A stretch of 39,683 nucleotides of DNA, from IMG/VR virus record IMGVR_UViG_3300030106_005675; one strand, given 5' to 3'. Positions 25,125-34,331 of this stretch are shown here, in pieces. The notes under the pieces were generated by a model that worked only from the letters and a program-made list of their open reading frames with translations, searched no databases and was not told the DNA's origin. Made by a program: the position numbers and the translations under genes. The stretch comes from a virus. Each line of letters begins with the position of its first letter. Within the stretch, counting starts at the first letter, position 1.

Positions 25125-27088
25125 TAGCTTAAAAGTCCTCCGGGTCTTTTTTGTTTGACAAGCTCAGATTGCACAGCAGCACCAATGGCCGCGCCTAGCG
25201 CCTTTGCGCTGGGCTGGTCGCCTTGCACGCTAGAACCAGATGCATCAACGTTTATGGTCATGTTAGAGCCGTTAAAACTGCCTGATGGCGCAATGCTACC
25301 TGAACGACCTGGCGTAAACAACTCAGGCCCTTTTTCACCAACCAAATAAGATTTGCCGCCCATCACGCTGCCCCCCTTTGCCCTCCCAGGAAAAAATTTG
25401 TCTAAGCCTGGGATTGCACCTAATGCAGTGCTTACACCAAATTGAAGCAAAATATTTGCAACTTGCCGTAAAGTGTCTGAGGCCACATCAGCAAGCTCTT
25501 TAGTGCCGTCAACTGCGGCTGTCAATGAATCCACAATGCCGGTTTGAATTGTTTGACCAATGCTTGCATAAAGAGTGTTCATTTTTTCGCCTAATTCTTT
25601 TATTTTTGCATCGTCAGCATCAATATACAGTTGCGCAAATGCTTCGCCTGCATCTCTCGCTGCTTCTTGTAACTCAACGGCGCCATCAATAATAGGAGAC
25701 AATAGTTTCTGAAATTCCATAAGGCGTGCTGTTCTTGCATTGTCAATTGCAGCAGCTTCTTTGTTTGCAGGTAAGGCTTTCTCTTGAATTTTTAAAATGT
25801 CTAATTCTAAGCTTTTTGCAATTTTAACATGTTCTAACCCGTCGATTTTTGCTGCATTTATATCGTAATTTAATTGAAGCATCTCAGCCGTAATGTCTTT
25901 TTGCTCTTTTATTTTTGCAGTAGTGCCGCCAGTTCCGCTAGAGGTTTTGCCCAATAATTCCGGCACTTCAGTTGCAAGACTAGATGTTTTTGGTTTATCT
26001 GCTGGAAGTTGTAATAACCCTGATTCATAGCCTTGCAATTTCAAAATATCTTGTGCAATTTGCTGCTGAAGTAAAGCTTGTTTAATTGAATCTAATGGGC
26101 CATATCCCCTCAAATCCGCAATTTGACTTGCTCTTTTGTAAGCCTCAGCATCGACAGCATTTAATTGTTTTTGGTTAAGACCAAGTTTTTGCGCCATGCT
26201 TGCGCCCTCCATCATTGCCCGGATTTCATTTAAAGCAGCATTAGCAAGATCTAAAATATCTGAAATTACAGGCTTTAACACGTTGCCAATAATTTGAGCT
26301 AAGCGCGTAATATTATCCGTTAATGTACTGAATTTGCCCGCCAAAGTGTCAGATTGCGCTATGGCGCCATTTGCATAAGTTCCGCCAGTGCTAGTTAAAT
26401 TGTTTAAAGCCACCTCAACCGCTTTTGCTGAGAATTTACCGCCCTCTAATGCTTTTCTAAATTCTTCGCCGGTCATTTTGTACATATCTTGCAATTCACC
26501 TTGTAAATTAATTCCCCTTTCTTGCAATTGCAAAAGCTCCTCGCCTTGCAATCTGCCTTTTGCCTGGATTTGCCCATATGCTGTGGCAATGCCCGTCAAA
26601 TCTGAACCAGTCGCTCCAGCTATATCACCTAATCGCTTTGTCGTTTCAACAATTTTGTTTGTCTCAACGCCAAAAGCTTTTAAGCGTTTTGCGGTTTCAA
26701 TTAGCTCAGTGCTTGTAAACGGCGTTACTGAACCAAATTCTTGTAGCTCTTGAATAACATTTTTTGCAGTTTCAAGACTACCTGTTAAAACTGTTAAACT
26801 GCGGGTTTGAGTTTCTAACTCAGCCGTCTTTACAACAATAAATTTTAAAGCCTGAAACGCTGCTGCCGCTGCAATAAGCTGTTTTAATGCACCACCAAAC
26901 CCTTGAACCCCTTTTTTCGCCCTGGTGGCTTCTTTGCCCATAGCGACAAATCGACCTTTTGAATCATGCAATCTACCGTTTAAATCTTTAACTGTTTTCC
27001 CTAGCTTTTGTGTCTCACTATTGACTTTCGTCAATGCCTTTGTGGCGGACGCCGCGTCAACGATTAATTTGACGTTAGAGGTTGCCAT
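25124..27088 (-). CDS. Tape measure protein
   Basis: 654 aa, largely helical and A/L/E/Q-rich. C-terminal motif is YLVGEKGPELFTPG. It lies after the chaperone pair. Confidence 0.85.
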   Translation of the reverse strand: MATSNVKLIVDAASATKALTKVNSETQKLGKTVKDLNGRLHDSKGRFVAMGKEATRAKKGVQGFGGALKQLIAAAAAFQALKFIVVKTAELETQTRSLTVLTGSLETAKNVIQELQEFGSVTPFTSTELIETAKRLKAFGVETNKIVETTKRLGDIAGATGSDLTGIATAYGQIQAKGRLQGEELLQLQERGINLQGELQDMYKMTGEEFRKALEGGKFSAKAVEVALNNLTSTGGTYANGAIAQSDTLAGKFSTLTDNITRLAQIIGNVLKPVISDILDLANAALNEIRAMMEGASMAQKLGLNQKQLNAVDAEAYKRASQIADLRGYGPLDSIKQALLQQQIAQDILKLQGYESGLLQLPADKPKTSSLATEVPELLGKTSSGTGGTTAKIKEQKDITAEMLQLNYDINAAKIDGLEHVKIAKSLELDILKIQEKALPANKEAAAIDNARTARLMEFQKLLSPIIDGAVELQEAARDAGEAFAQLYIDADDAKIKELGEKMNTLYASIGQTIQTGIVDSLTAAVDGTKELADVASDTLRQVANILLQFGVSTALGAIPGLDKFFPGRAKGGSVMGGKSYLVGEKGPELFTPGRSGSIAPSGSFNGSNMTINVDASGSSVQGDQPSAKALGAAIGAAVQSELVKQKRPGGLLS

Positions 27089-27111
27089 GACATCGCCGCT
27101 TTTGCCTTATC

Positions 27112-27300
27112 TTACCGCCGCTTTGCCTTTGCGTGATCCATTGCTTTTTCCTCCTCCTCCTGTTTTATTTCAAAATATGCCGCAAAATATAAAAGCTCTT
27201 TATCTGTAAGCTCTTGTCGCAATCGACTGACTGTCATGCTTAACTCGCAGGCTAAATAGAATTCGAATAAAGTCCATTTATCCTGCCTTAATCGTTTTTT
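27112..27300 (-). CDS. gpT-like -1 frame extension of the tail assembly chaperone (fusion product spans 27112..27650)
   Basis: Hand translation of the -1 frame after the slippery site gives RLRQDKWTLFEFYLACELSMTVSRLRQELTDKELLYFAAYFEIKQEEEEKAMDHAKAKRR, with the stop at 27112-27114. Confidence 0.6.
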   Translation of the reverse strand, partial: KKRLRQDKWTLFEFYLACELSMTVSRLRQELTDKELLYFAAYFEIKQEEEEKAMDHAKAKRR

Positions 27301-27650
27301 GCTTCATCTAAGCTAGTTTCTGATATATCACCTATTTCAAATAAAAAGAGTTCAAGTTCATTCAATACCTTTTCAGGCAATCTTTTTTGCAGCTTAATAC
27401 TATCAGCGGACGCAAAAGCTTTGGTGCCATCCTCTAACTCTGCTTTTAAGCACAAAATTTGAGTGCTTATATCTAGCGCTTCGTCATTTGAGACATAAGA
27501 TTGAGCTTTTTTGCGATCAGCCCTTGTGATCGGTGTGAAATACAAATCAAGCACTTTGCCGCCTTCTTCGTTTTTCAACACAAACTTACGACGTTGGTTA
27601 AGGTCAAACGCCTCAACCAACAAGTCAACTGGTCGTTGTGATGCTGCCAT
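27288..27650 (-). CDS. Tail assembly chaperone (gpG-like)
   Basis: 120 aa acidic protein between the tail tube and tape measure genes. It ends at the slippery site. Confidence 0.7.
   Translation of the reverse strand: MAASQRPVDLLVEAFDLNQRRKFVLKNEEGGKVLDLYFTPITRADRKKAQSYVSNDEALDISTQILCLKAELEDGTKAFASADSIKLQKRLPEKVLNELELFLFEIGDISETSLDEAKND
27294..27300 (-). promoter_or_regulatory. -1 programmed ribosomal frameshift heptamer A_AAA_AAC
   Basis: The minus strand reads GC A AAA AAC GAT TAA. It is an exact X_XXY_YYZ site in the zero frame, 2 codons before the G stop. Confidence 0.65.
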
Positions 27651-27685
27651 TAAATGGGTTGCTAATCTTTTAAATTATACGTTAC

Positions 27686-28108
27686 TTACTGCAGGTTGGA
27701 CGTAATTGTTCCGCAAGTTTGGAAATTGCAAGAGGCTACGTTCAATTCCCCGACAGTAGCGGAAATTTCCATATTGGTGATAATTGCGCCAAATGAAAGT
27801 GAATCAGTGCCGGCGCTGGTGCCAGTAGTAAACAATTCAAAAGAAGCATCAGCGGCATCATTGGCTTTTACAATATCCTCAATCAAACCGGCTTGGCCAG
27901 TTGCATCAGGATCATAGATAAGCTCAACCGTGCCACTGCCTGAAATTAGACCACCAACATAATTTCTGAAGGTGTCGCCATGCTTGGTAACCTCGTAAGT
28001 TTCTTTATCAATTGTGATTGACCAGCTGCGGGTGCCAACCACAGTTGCCAACGATCCGCCGCCAGTCTCAAATTGGACTGCGCCTTGTTCTCCTCTTAGT
28101 GTTGCCAT
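27686..28108 (-). CDS. Major tail (tube) protein
   Basis: 140 aa beta-rich protein immediately upstream of the chaperone. Position and size fit. Confidence 0.7.
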   Translation of the reverse strand: MATLRGEQGAVQFETGGGSLATVVGTRSWSITIDKETYEVTKHGDTFRNYVGGLISGSGTVELIYDPDATGQAGLIEDIVKANDAADASFELFTTGTSAGTDSLSFGAIITNMEISATVGELNVASCNFQTCGTITSNLQ

Positions 28109-28111
28109 GGG

Positions 28112-28537
28112 TTAAAGATCCTCAATGAATTCAAAGGTCACACGGACCTGGGATTGGAAATAACCCTCAGGCGACGGCGTAGCCAATGCTTGCGGGCCAG
28201 TGGGAGCGTCAAAGAAAACCCCTGACGCGATCACTCTATTGTATAAGTCTCGCACCCGTTTACCAATAGTCAAATTTGCGCCAGGGCCAACACCCTTGGC
28301 TGAAAAAATGTTAATCACAAGCAAGCCAATAATTCTGTTTTGAGAATTAGTTGTCGAACCATGGCTTAAAAATTCACTATCTCCAAAGGTTGTTAAACAT
28401 TGCACCCATGAGGAACTAGGGGTTGGCTCATATGCCATATTATGAAAAACGACTGGAATAACAGGACTGCTGGCCAACTCTGTTGCTAAACGTCCTTCGA
28501 CAGTCGCCCTAATTGCGTTTAAATCAGCAGCCGCCAT
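28112..28537 (-). CDS. Tail terminator / tail completion protein (gpU/DUF4128-like)
   Basis: 141 aa immediately upstream of the tube gene. The family assignment is from memory. Confidence 0.55.
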   Translation of the reverse strand: MAAADLNAIRATVEGRLATELASSPVIPVVFHNMAYEPTPSSSWVQCLTTFGDSEFLSHGSTTNSQNRIIGLLVINIFSAKGVGPGANLTIGKRVRDLYNRVIASGVFFDAPTGPQALATPSPEGYFQSQVRVTFEFIEDL

Positions 28538-28896
28538 TAGTTACGCCTCCGAAAATGTCTTATAAGTTGTGGAATTCGTTTAGTACGTTTTTCCTTGAGA
28601 ATTAAGTCAGGAAACCCTGGGATAGTGTTAACACGTGTTCTATATTGGCCACCCCAGCTTTCAGGTAAATTTTTGCCATATAATACAGGTTCAGCATATT
28701 CAATATTATTAGTAACCTCTCCTGTGTATTTTTCTATTTTCATTTCCCAAGCATTGCGCAAACCTCCTTTATCAACTGGGGTGGCATCTTTAACCTCCTG
28801 TATGATTTCAGTCGTAACCGTTTTTACAATAAATTCAATCTCTTCAGCCATTAAGCCGGCTATGTCAGTAATTTTAATGTTTCTTCTTGTTGGCAT
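28537..28896 (-). CDS. HK97 gp10-like head-tail joining protein
   Basis: DATPVDKGGLRNAW matches the gp10-family TPVDTG.LR motif. Confidence 0.65.
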   Translation of the reverse strand: MPTRRNIKITDIAGLMAEEIEFIVKTVTTEIIQEVKDATPVDKGGLRNAWEMKIEKYTGEVTNNIEYAEPVLYGKNLPESWGGQYRTRVNTIPGFPDLILKEKRTKRIPQLIRHFRRRN

Positions 28897-28898
28897 AA

Positions 28899-29279
28899 TT
28901 AGAGCCTCAGTAGCAATTGATATGATAAAGCAATATTATCTTGTTCAATTGTTTTTACAATAATAATTTGATGAACTATGCCACCAATGACAACCCGGTC
29001 TTTTGTTTCGGGTGCGGTTGTAAGGTCAGCAGCGGCAATTGTTAGGCTTTTATCGCCCGATTGAATTAATTCGTTTATCGCTGATCCTGTAAGGGATTTG
29101 GTGAGCCGACTGCTAACATTTTCCAACACACCTGGAACTGTCGTATCACTTTCGCTTTCCGTGATTACGCCGGTTGTTGCGTTATAGCTACCAGCAGAAA
29201 CGTAACGAATCGTCACATCCCCGCCAACCTTGGCCATTGCGTTTTTAACAGCCTTGCGAACTGAACTAGCAATGCCCAT
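28899..29279 (-). CDS. Head closure / head-tail adaptor protein
   Basis: 126 aa in the connector block. Assigned by position only. Confidence 0.45.
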   Translation of the reverse strand: MGIASSVRKAVKNAMAKVGGDVTIRYVSAGSYNATTGVITESESDTTVPGVLENVSSRLTKSLTGSAINELIQSGDKSLTIAAADLTTAPETKDRVVIGGIVHQIIIVKTIEQDNIALSYQLLLRL

Positions 29280-29524
29280 CAGACTGCATATGCAATAACT
29301 GTGCCGCTTGTCAATGTAATGCTTGTTATTTCTAACCCCTCAATGCAAGCTGACGTGTCAAATTCAATGCCTTCGATTGTTGATGACCCGTTTTCAGTGA
29401 TTGCAGCCGACGTAATCGAAGCAATAACAGAATCCTCTAAAGCCATGATTTTTACGAAACGCCCAGTATGGGCAGCAGTGTTCGTAATGATGGTTGCCTT
29501 TGTTGGCTCGTATCCATAGCCCAT
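29279..29524 (-). CDS. Hypothetical structural-module protein (81 aa)
   Basis: Coupled ORF in the connector block. Confidence 0.45.
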   Translation of the reverse strand: MGYGYEPTKATIITNTAAHTGRFVKIMALEDSVIASITSAAITENGSSTIEGIEFDTSACIEGLEITSITLTSGTVIAYAV

Positions 29525-29527
29525 GAT

Positions 29528-30088
29528 TCAGCTCCTGCGAATAGCAATGTTGCCTGGTCCGCTGATTCTAATGCCTGTCAGGTACCTTTCAAACATTGGC
29601 GGCACCCTGTCGGCACCGATCGCACCAGATTTATCTGGCGTCAAATTAATACTGCCAATTTGAATTGACTTAAAATCTTCTAGCCCGCCAAGGCTTATGC
29701 CATCAGTGTTGTTTTTTAAATAAACAGCTAATTCGACTTGTGCTCGCTTAATTTGGTCTGGCAATTCTGTATCTGTAAAATAATCCTCTGAAATGCGAAA
29801 TGGAAACCCCGTTGCATACGTGTTTACATATGTGTCCGGCTTTCTTACACCAGTACGGGGCCATTGCATCGCCTGTGTATCGGTTGCTTTGGCGCCAATA
29901 AATCTTTCCCGGTCAAGCCTTTGCGCTGCAGCAGTAAGCGCACGATTGCGTGTGTCATCAGTGCCGACTAGCCATTGCCCAACGTCTGTGCTTGAAATCA
30001 TCGCCTCAACCAATGTATTTGCATCAGCTAGGGTCAGATAGCTGTTGGCGCTTGCGCCGCCCGCTGTTGCGTCGATCGTTACTGCCAT
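29528..30088 (-). CDS. Head-tail connector (gp6-like) protein
   Basis: N-terminal ANSYLTLADANTLV resembles the SY.t..eAd motif of connector proteins. Position fits. Confidence 0.55.
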   Translation of the reverse strand: MAVTIDATAGGASANSYLTLADANTLVEAMISSTDVGQWLVGTDDTRNRALTAAAQRLDRERFIGAKATDTQAMQWPRTGVRKPDTYVNTYATGFPFRISEDYFTDTELPDQIKRAQVELAVYLKNNTDGISLGGLEDFKSIQIGSINLTPDKSGAIGADRVPPMFERYLTGIRISGPGNIAIRRS

Positions 30089-30200
30089 CAGCCTTTAAAG
30101 TCGTAGATTGATTTTTTTTAATTGGCTTTGAAGAGGCGAGAGCAGCTGCGTTAACAGCTGCCTCACGTTCTTTCATTCGCCTAAAGGCAAACAAACCCAT
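30024..30200 (-). CDS. Possible 58-aa basic ORF filling the 111-nt gap (not in the track)
   Basis: Hand translation gives MGLFAFRRMKEREAAVNAAALASSKPIKKNQSTTLKADGSNDRRNSGRRKRQQLSDPS. TAATG overlap at 30198-30202. It overlaps the connector gene by 65 nt. Confidence 0.25.
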   Translation of the reverse strand: MGLFAFRRMKEREAAVNAAALASSKPIKKNQSTTLKADGSNDRRNSGRRKRQQLSDPS

Positions 30201-30565
30201 TAGGAGCTTGCACCTTTTAGAGCAACAAAGTTGAGAACAATTGCCTCACCTAAGTTGCCAGCAGAAACATTGCTAATTGTGATAGCAAAAGATCCTGCCG
30301 CAATGGTGTTGGCTTGCACCAAATAACTGCCAGCAGTGCCGCCAGAAGCATGGTTAACAACCACAACATCAGTAGCTGCAATCGTGCTATTTGTGACAGC
30401 AAATGAAACCTCAACCCCTGCATTTAGTGTTGCGTCATCACAAGTAATAACGCCCGTTGCAGCATTCAAGGTTACCCCTGTTGCCTTGCTGGTTGTTTGA
30501 GTGACTGAACCACCAGCCGTTGGGCCAATAAGTGTGCCCGCTGTTGCCTCAAAAATGGATGACAT
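30200..30565 (-). CDS. Putative head decoration / Ig-like capsid accessory protein
   Basis: 121 aa, T/A/G/V-rich and beta-rich, directly after the capsid gene. Confidence 0.45.
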   Translation of the reverse strand: MSSIFEATAGTLIGPTAGGSVTQTTSKATGVTLNAATGVITCDDATLNAGVEVSFAVTNSTIAATDVVVVNHASGGTAGSYLVQANTIAAGSFAITISNVSAGNLGEAIVLNFVALKGASS

Positions 30566-30579
30566 AATGATTACCTTCC

Positions 30580-31602
30580 TTAATCAAGGTTGCTAGTTGT
30601 GGTAATCCGAACGATACCAATGTTATTGGTTTCGTAAACCTTAGTCCAATTGCCAACAGTCTCTAGCTGTGCCCTAGTTGGGTTGCTAACAGATGTTGAG
30701 AATTTAGAACCAATCGGATGATAAACATAGTGCAAATCGATGGACATTGCATCACTTTTTGCAAGGATGTCTCTGTCAGTTTCAGTTTGCAAGCCTAGTT
30801 GTTCACCGGAACCAATGGCCCCTTGTGTAAACAGATAGCTCACATATTCTGTCGATGAACCAGATCCAGCCGTTTGCAAATCAGCCGAAACAATGACACG
30901 CAAACCCATAAAGGTTGGAACTTGCACGCTGCCAAAAGCCGGGGCAGTTGAACCTTGAGCCGCTGCAGTGTCAGGCGCTCCAGTGTTGTCGTAGATCATA
31001 TCGATTGCTTTACGCTCCTTCAAGTCATAATAGACTTTTGGATGCATCGCAATTGCAGCCAATTTTTCCCCTTGATCGCCAAGAATTGATTGGCCCTCAA
31101 CAATTTGGCGAGGTCCAAGAATTGTTGGCGTGTCGCCGGTTGTGCCATCAACAGCTAGCGCCGCATACGCTGCGGAACTTGTGTCACCAACAGCACCAAA
31201 CACCCCAGCAAGACAGGAAAGCAAATCTTTCTGCCGCTGGTTAGCGATGTAATCAGCAATTTTTGAGCCGATAGCTGCCATTGGGTCAGATCCAGCAGCC
31301 AAAGCCGCGAGATCTCTGCTTTCAAAAGCTCTCCCACGGTGGAGTACAACTCCCACTTGCTTGTCGGCTTCGATCTTGCCAGGTGTCAAAGATGAGCTAT
31401 CAGTCAAACGCTCAAAGTCGCCTGACAAATTGGCCTTGTAAAAAGGCACTTGAATGAAATCACCAGCATCCTCGGAAGCATTTAGCTCTGCCATTGGCTG
31501 AACGACACCGCTAGCCAAAAAGGCATCACGTTGTGTCGTCTGCTCAATGACATAAGGCGTAAATACTTCTGGAATGATGATGTCAGAGCGAAGTGTCGCC
31601 AT
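30580..31602 (-). CDS. Major capsid protein
   Basis: 340 aa, N-terminal MATLRSDIIIPEVFTPYV. It follows the scaffold gene. Confidence 0.8.
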   Translation of the reverse strand: MATLRSDIIIPEVFTPYVIEQTTQRDAFLASGVVQPMAELNASEDAGDFIQVPFYKANLSGDFERLTDSSSLTPGKIEADKQVGVVLHRGRAFESRDLAALAAGSDPMAAIGSKIADYIANQRQKDLLSCLAGVFGAVGDTSSAAYAALAVDGTTGDTPTILGPRQIVEGQSILGDQGEKLAAIAMHPKVYYDLKERKAIDMIYDNTGAPDTAAAQGSTAPAFGSVQVPTFMGLRVIVSADLQTAGSGSSTEYVSYLFTQGAIGSGEQLGLQTETDRDILAKSDAMSIDLHYVYHPIGSKFSTSVSNPTRAQLETVGNWTKVYETNNIGIVRITTTSNLD

Positions 31603-31678
31603 GACAGAAAACCAAAGTAGTGTTTACGTTTTGGGCGTAGCCCGTTTGGCTCTGCGTAGCTTTGCCTTATGCCATATC

Positions 31679-32365
31679 TTAACGCCTTGCCGCCGTTTTT
31701 AACCTTTCATATAAATCACGATCCGTGCGGAACAACCTAGATTGCTCTGTTAGGTTGAAACTGTCAGGCAAAAACGGGTTTTTTGTCCCAGGTGGGATGT
31801 CTGAAACACCTGCACGACCTAAAGGGGCGCCACTGCCTTGCGGTTTTGGTGCTTTTTGCATATAAGCAGGAAGAGTCTTAGCCCAGTCAGCAATAGGCTT
31901 TCTTTCGTAGCCATTGACTACAACAACAGTGCCGTCAGGCTCTCTTTCGATTTGATTTGGTTTGAGCAAATCTGCTTTAAATACAATACTAGGGTCATGA
32001 ACCACGTCAGCTAATGCAGTGTTTGCAGGCGCAATCAACTCCAATTCACGAATTCGTGCTTCAAGCTCAGCAATGCGGGCATCTTTTTGAGAGGTCGCCT
32101 CACGATATTGCTGTTCAAGAGCCTGACGGGCTTCAGTGTACTTGCCTTCTGATTCGAGTTTGTCCTGTTCAGCCTGACGCTTAAATTCTCTAAGTTCCTT
32201 ATAATCATCTGGGACTTTATCAGTTGACTCATTTTTTTTAAGCTTGCCAATTAACTCATAATTTTTTCGCTCAAGTGCGGCAACACTATTTTTAAGTGTT
32301 TCGATCTCTGAGGCATTGCTACCGGTTTGTTGAGGCGTAGCCTCATTGAGGCGTTCTTCTGTCAT
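31679..32365 (-). CDS. Scaffolding protein
   Basis: 228 aa with an E/K/R/Q-rich coiled coil (IAELEARIRELE). It lies upstream of the capsid gene. Confidence 0.7.
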   Translation of the reverse strand: MTEERLNEATPQQTGSNASEIETLKNSVAALERKNYELIGKLKKNESTDKVPDDYKELREFKRQAEQDKLESEGKYTEARQALEQQYREATSQKDARIAELEARIRELELIAPANTALADVVHDPSIVFKADLLKPNQIEREPDGTVVVVNGYERKPIADWAKTLPAYMQKAPKPQGSGAPLGRAGVSDIPPGTKNPFLPDSFNLTEQSRLFRTDRDLYERLKTAARR

Positions 32366-32386
32366 TTTTAACCCGTAGGGTTGTTT

Positions 32387-32668
32387 TCAGCTCCATTTTA
32401 TCTTATCTGCCCAATATGCGGCAGACGTTTTCCCCTTGGCAATGTTTTTTGCATGTCGTGCTTTAAACGCTGCCCGTTTGGCTTTATCGCTAGAGCTTTC
32501 ACCCTTTCGGGGCCGTTTTGTTTTAGCACCTTGCTGGCCAAATCTAATTAATTTATCTTTGCCTTTATCTTTGATGACTACAGCATGAGACTTTCCGCTG
32601 CTATGGCTTGGTGTGCTAATCGGCTTATTATATCTTGCAAAAACATGGCCGCCACGTTTAATGCTCAT
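32387..32668 (-). CDS. Small very basic protein (93 aa)
   Basis: K/R-rich (GKSHAVVIKDKGKDKLIRFGQQGAKTKRPRKG...KAKRAAFKARHAKNIAKGK). Coupled to the upstream ORF. Confidence 0.55.
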   Translation of the reverse strand: MSIKRGGHVFARYNKPISTPSHSSGKSHAVVIKDKGKDKLIRFGQQGAKTKRPRKGESSSDKAKRAAFKARHAKNIAKGKTSAAYWADKIKWS

Positions 32669-32892
32669 TTGCGCTTTGGCGCACTGGACAACTGAGAACG
32701 TTTTTTTAATACAGGGTTGCCCGTGCTTTCAGATTTAATTGCTACAACAGGATCACCCTTTGCACCGCGCCGAGTAACAGTGCCACCAGTTGGTCCTTTA
32801 ATGCTATAAGAACCCTCACCCTTAACGCTTGTTACAACGCCAAAAGTGCGTTTACCTTGGTAAACCCAACTAACACGGGAACCTTTTTTCAT
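32665..32892 (-). CDS. Small Tudor/SH3-like basic protein (DUF2945-like, from memory)
   Basis: MKKGSRVSWVYQGKRTFGVVTSV...GDPVVAIKS pattern. 75 aa. Confidence 0.5.
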   Translation of the reverse strand: MKKGSRVSWVYQGKRTFGVVTSVKGEGSYSIKGPTGGTVTRRGAKGDPVVAIKSESTGNPVLKKRSQLSSAPKRK

Positions 32893-32963
32893 TTTTTCTT
32901 ACCACCTTTCTTTTTTTTGCCCATTGGTTTTTGTGGTTTCTTTGGCCCATAGTGGCTAGGCAT
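32889..32963 (-). CDS. Tiny lysine-rich ORF (24 aa), not in the track
   Basis: Hand translation gives MPSHYGPKKPQKPMGKKKKGGKKK. ATGA overlap downstream (32889-32892) and TGATG overlap upstream (32961-32965). Confidence 0.3.
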   Translation of the reverse strand: MPSHYGPKKPQKPMGKKKKGGKKK

Positions 32964-33082
32964 CAGGAAGACTCCTTTGTCTCTTCAGTTTTAGCAGATT
33001 TTTTCTTAGCTGTGGCCTTGGGTTTCTGTTTTGGGGATTCGCCCTGAATAGTAAATTTGAACTTGTTATGAAGCTGAGCCAT
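32963..33082 (-). CDS. Tiny basic ORF (39 aa), not in the track
   Basis: Hand translation gives MAQLHNKFKFTIQGESPKQKPKATAKKKSAKTEETKESS. Its start lies inside the last codons of the Mu-F-like gene. Confidence 0.3.
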   Translation of the reverse strand: MAQLHNKFKFTIQGESPKQKPKATAKKKSAKTEETKESS

Positions 33083-34331
33083 TTGGATACCGACGTTTTA
33101 ACTGTTCTAAGGTTAGCTCTGATCCGTCTTGACTAACAAATTTTCTAATGGCATCAGTTGGGCCAAATTTTTTGACAAGGCGGTTGAAATAAGGCACTTT
33201 CTTGGGGCCAAGGACATCAGCCTGGACATCAGAGGTTTGTTTGTCAAGCCATTCGCCATAGGTTTGATTGCTTGGCACAGTGTCTGTCCGCGTAGTTTGA
33301 GATGGCCCAAACGTGGTATTCGACCGTTTTAAGCGGCTTTCCCTTGGTGGCGGGATACCTAAACCCTCATAATCAATGATTGGAACGGTTGTTGAACGAC
33401 AATTAAAGTGCTGAGGGGGCACTGGTCCTTTGCCATATTTAAAAATTTGGCCATCTAATGATCTGCAAATGGGGCTTGTCCTGGAATCCAATGTCGAAAC
33501 GTATCTGTAAGATTTCGTAACATTCTGATTCGCTTCGTAGCTCTTTTGGCTAGCCGCGTTGGCCACTTGGTTTACGCTTGTGCGCACCAAGGCCATAATT
33601 TGATGATTTGCAACCGCTGTTAACTCGCCACCTGCCTGGACAAGCTGCCGCATTGATAAACCTGCCGCACGGGCTTGGCCTGTTGACAATGGTCCCAGGT
33701 CACCAAAACGCAATCGACCTTTTAAACGTCTGGCTAGTTTATCTGTTGATTCACCAGTCAAAAGACCATTGCGCACAGTTTTTGCAAACAAATCAGCCTG
33801 CGATTCAGCTAAACCACGAAACGATTTATTTAAAACTTTGCCATTTGGCAGCGTAATTGCTGTTCCTTGCGTTGCCGTAAGTTGAAATCTTGCAGGAGCG
33901 CCAGTGACAGCAGCTTGTAAATCATCGCTTAACACTACTACATTTAGTGCAGTTGGATCAACAGTTGCTACAAATTGTGCAAATTGTGGGCTGATTTGAA
34001 TGCTACGAATTTGGTCTGCAAATTCTAATGGTAATGCTTTTTTTAGCTCCTCAATAACAAATTCAGACTGCAGAATCGCCAAGCCTTGAAGCTCTTCTGT
34101 CATCAACAACGTGCTTGTGCCAGCCCAACCATTCAACGACTCCTTTAATTGCGCGATGATCGCCCGAAGCCGTGCAGCCTTTGCAGGCGCTGCAAGCTCA
34201 TCAATGCCGCGAAGCTGATCAACAGCATCCAAAATAAGATCATTATATGCAACAGCAATTCTCCGTGCAGTCCCATTGCTAAACCTGTTTAGATCCACTG
34301 CATTTTTAAACAAGTTTGATGGTGTTGTCAT
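33066..34331 (-). CDS. Head morphogenesis protein (Mu F / SPP1 gp7 family)
   Basis: STLDSRTSPICRSLDGQIF...PPQHFNCRSTTVP is the family signature. It lies downstream of the portal gene. Confidence 0.85.
   Translation of the reverse strand: MTTPSNLFKNAVDLNRFSNGTARRIAVAYNDLILDAVDQLRGIDELAAPAKAARLRAIIAQLKESLNGWAGTSTLLMTEELQGLAILQSEFVIEELKKALPLEFADQIRSIQISPQFAQFVATVDPTALNVVVLSDDLQAAVTGAPARFQLTATQGTAITLPNGKVLNKSFRGLAESQADLFAKTVRNGLLTGESTDKLARRLKGRLRFGDLGPLSTGQARAAGLSMRQLVQAGGELTAVANHQIMALVRTSVNQVANAASQKSYEANQNVTKSYRYVSTLDSRTSPICRSLDGQIFKYGKGPVPPQHFNCRSTTVPIIDYEGLGIPPPRESRLKRSNTTFGPSQTTRTDTVPSNQTYGEWLDKQTSDVQADVLGPKKVPYFNRLVKKFGPTDAIRKFVSQDGSELTLEQLKRRYPNGSAS

Noticed and set aside
26388-26753. 121-aa plus-strand ORF inside the tape measure gene
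   Set aside because: It is antisense to a confidently assigned long gene, and its S/P/C/F-rich composition is typical of an off-strand frame. The same reasoning applies to 25155..25349, 26925..27209, 13986..14276, 14341..14857 and 15774..16080.
31603-31678. Direct gcgtagc repeat and small hairpin between the scaffold and capsid genes
   Set aside because: It is only a 7-mer repeated once with a 4-bp stem, which is too weak to call a processing site or regulatory element.
33066-33400. Possible toxin domain fused to the C-terminus of the Mu-F-like protein
   Set aside because: The roughly 110 aa after the FNCRSTTVP motif look like the ordinary C-terminal tail of this family (TYGEWL...). I see no additional domain-sized extension or nuclease/deaminase-like motif.
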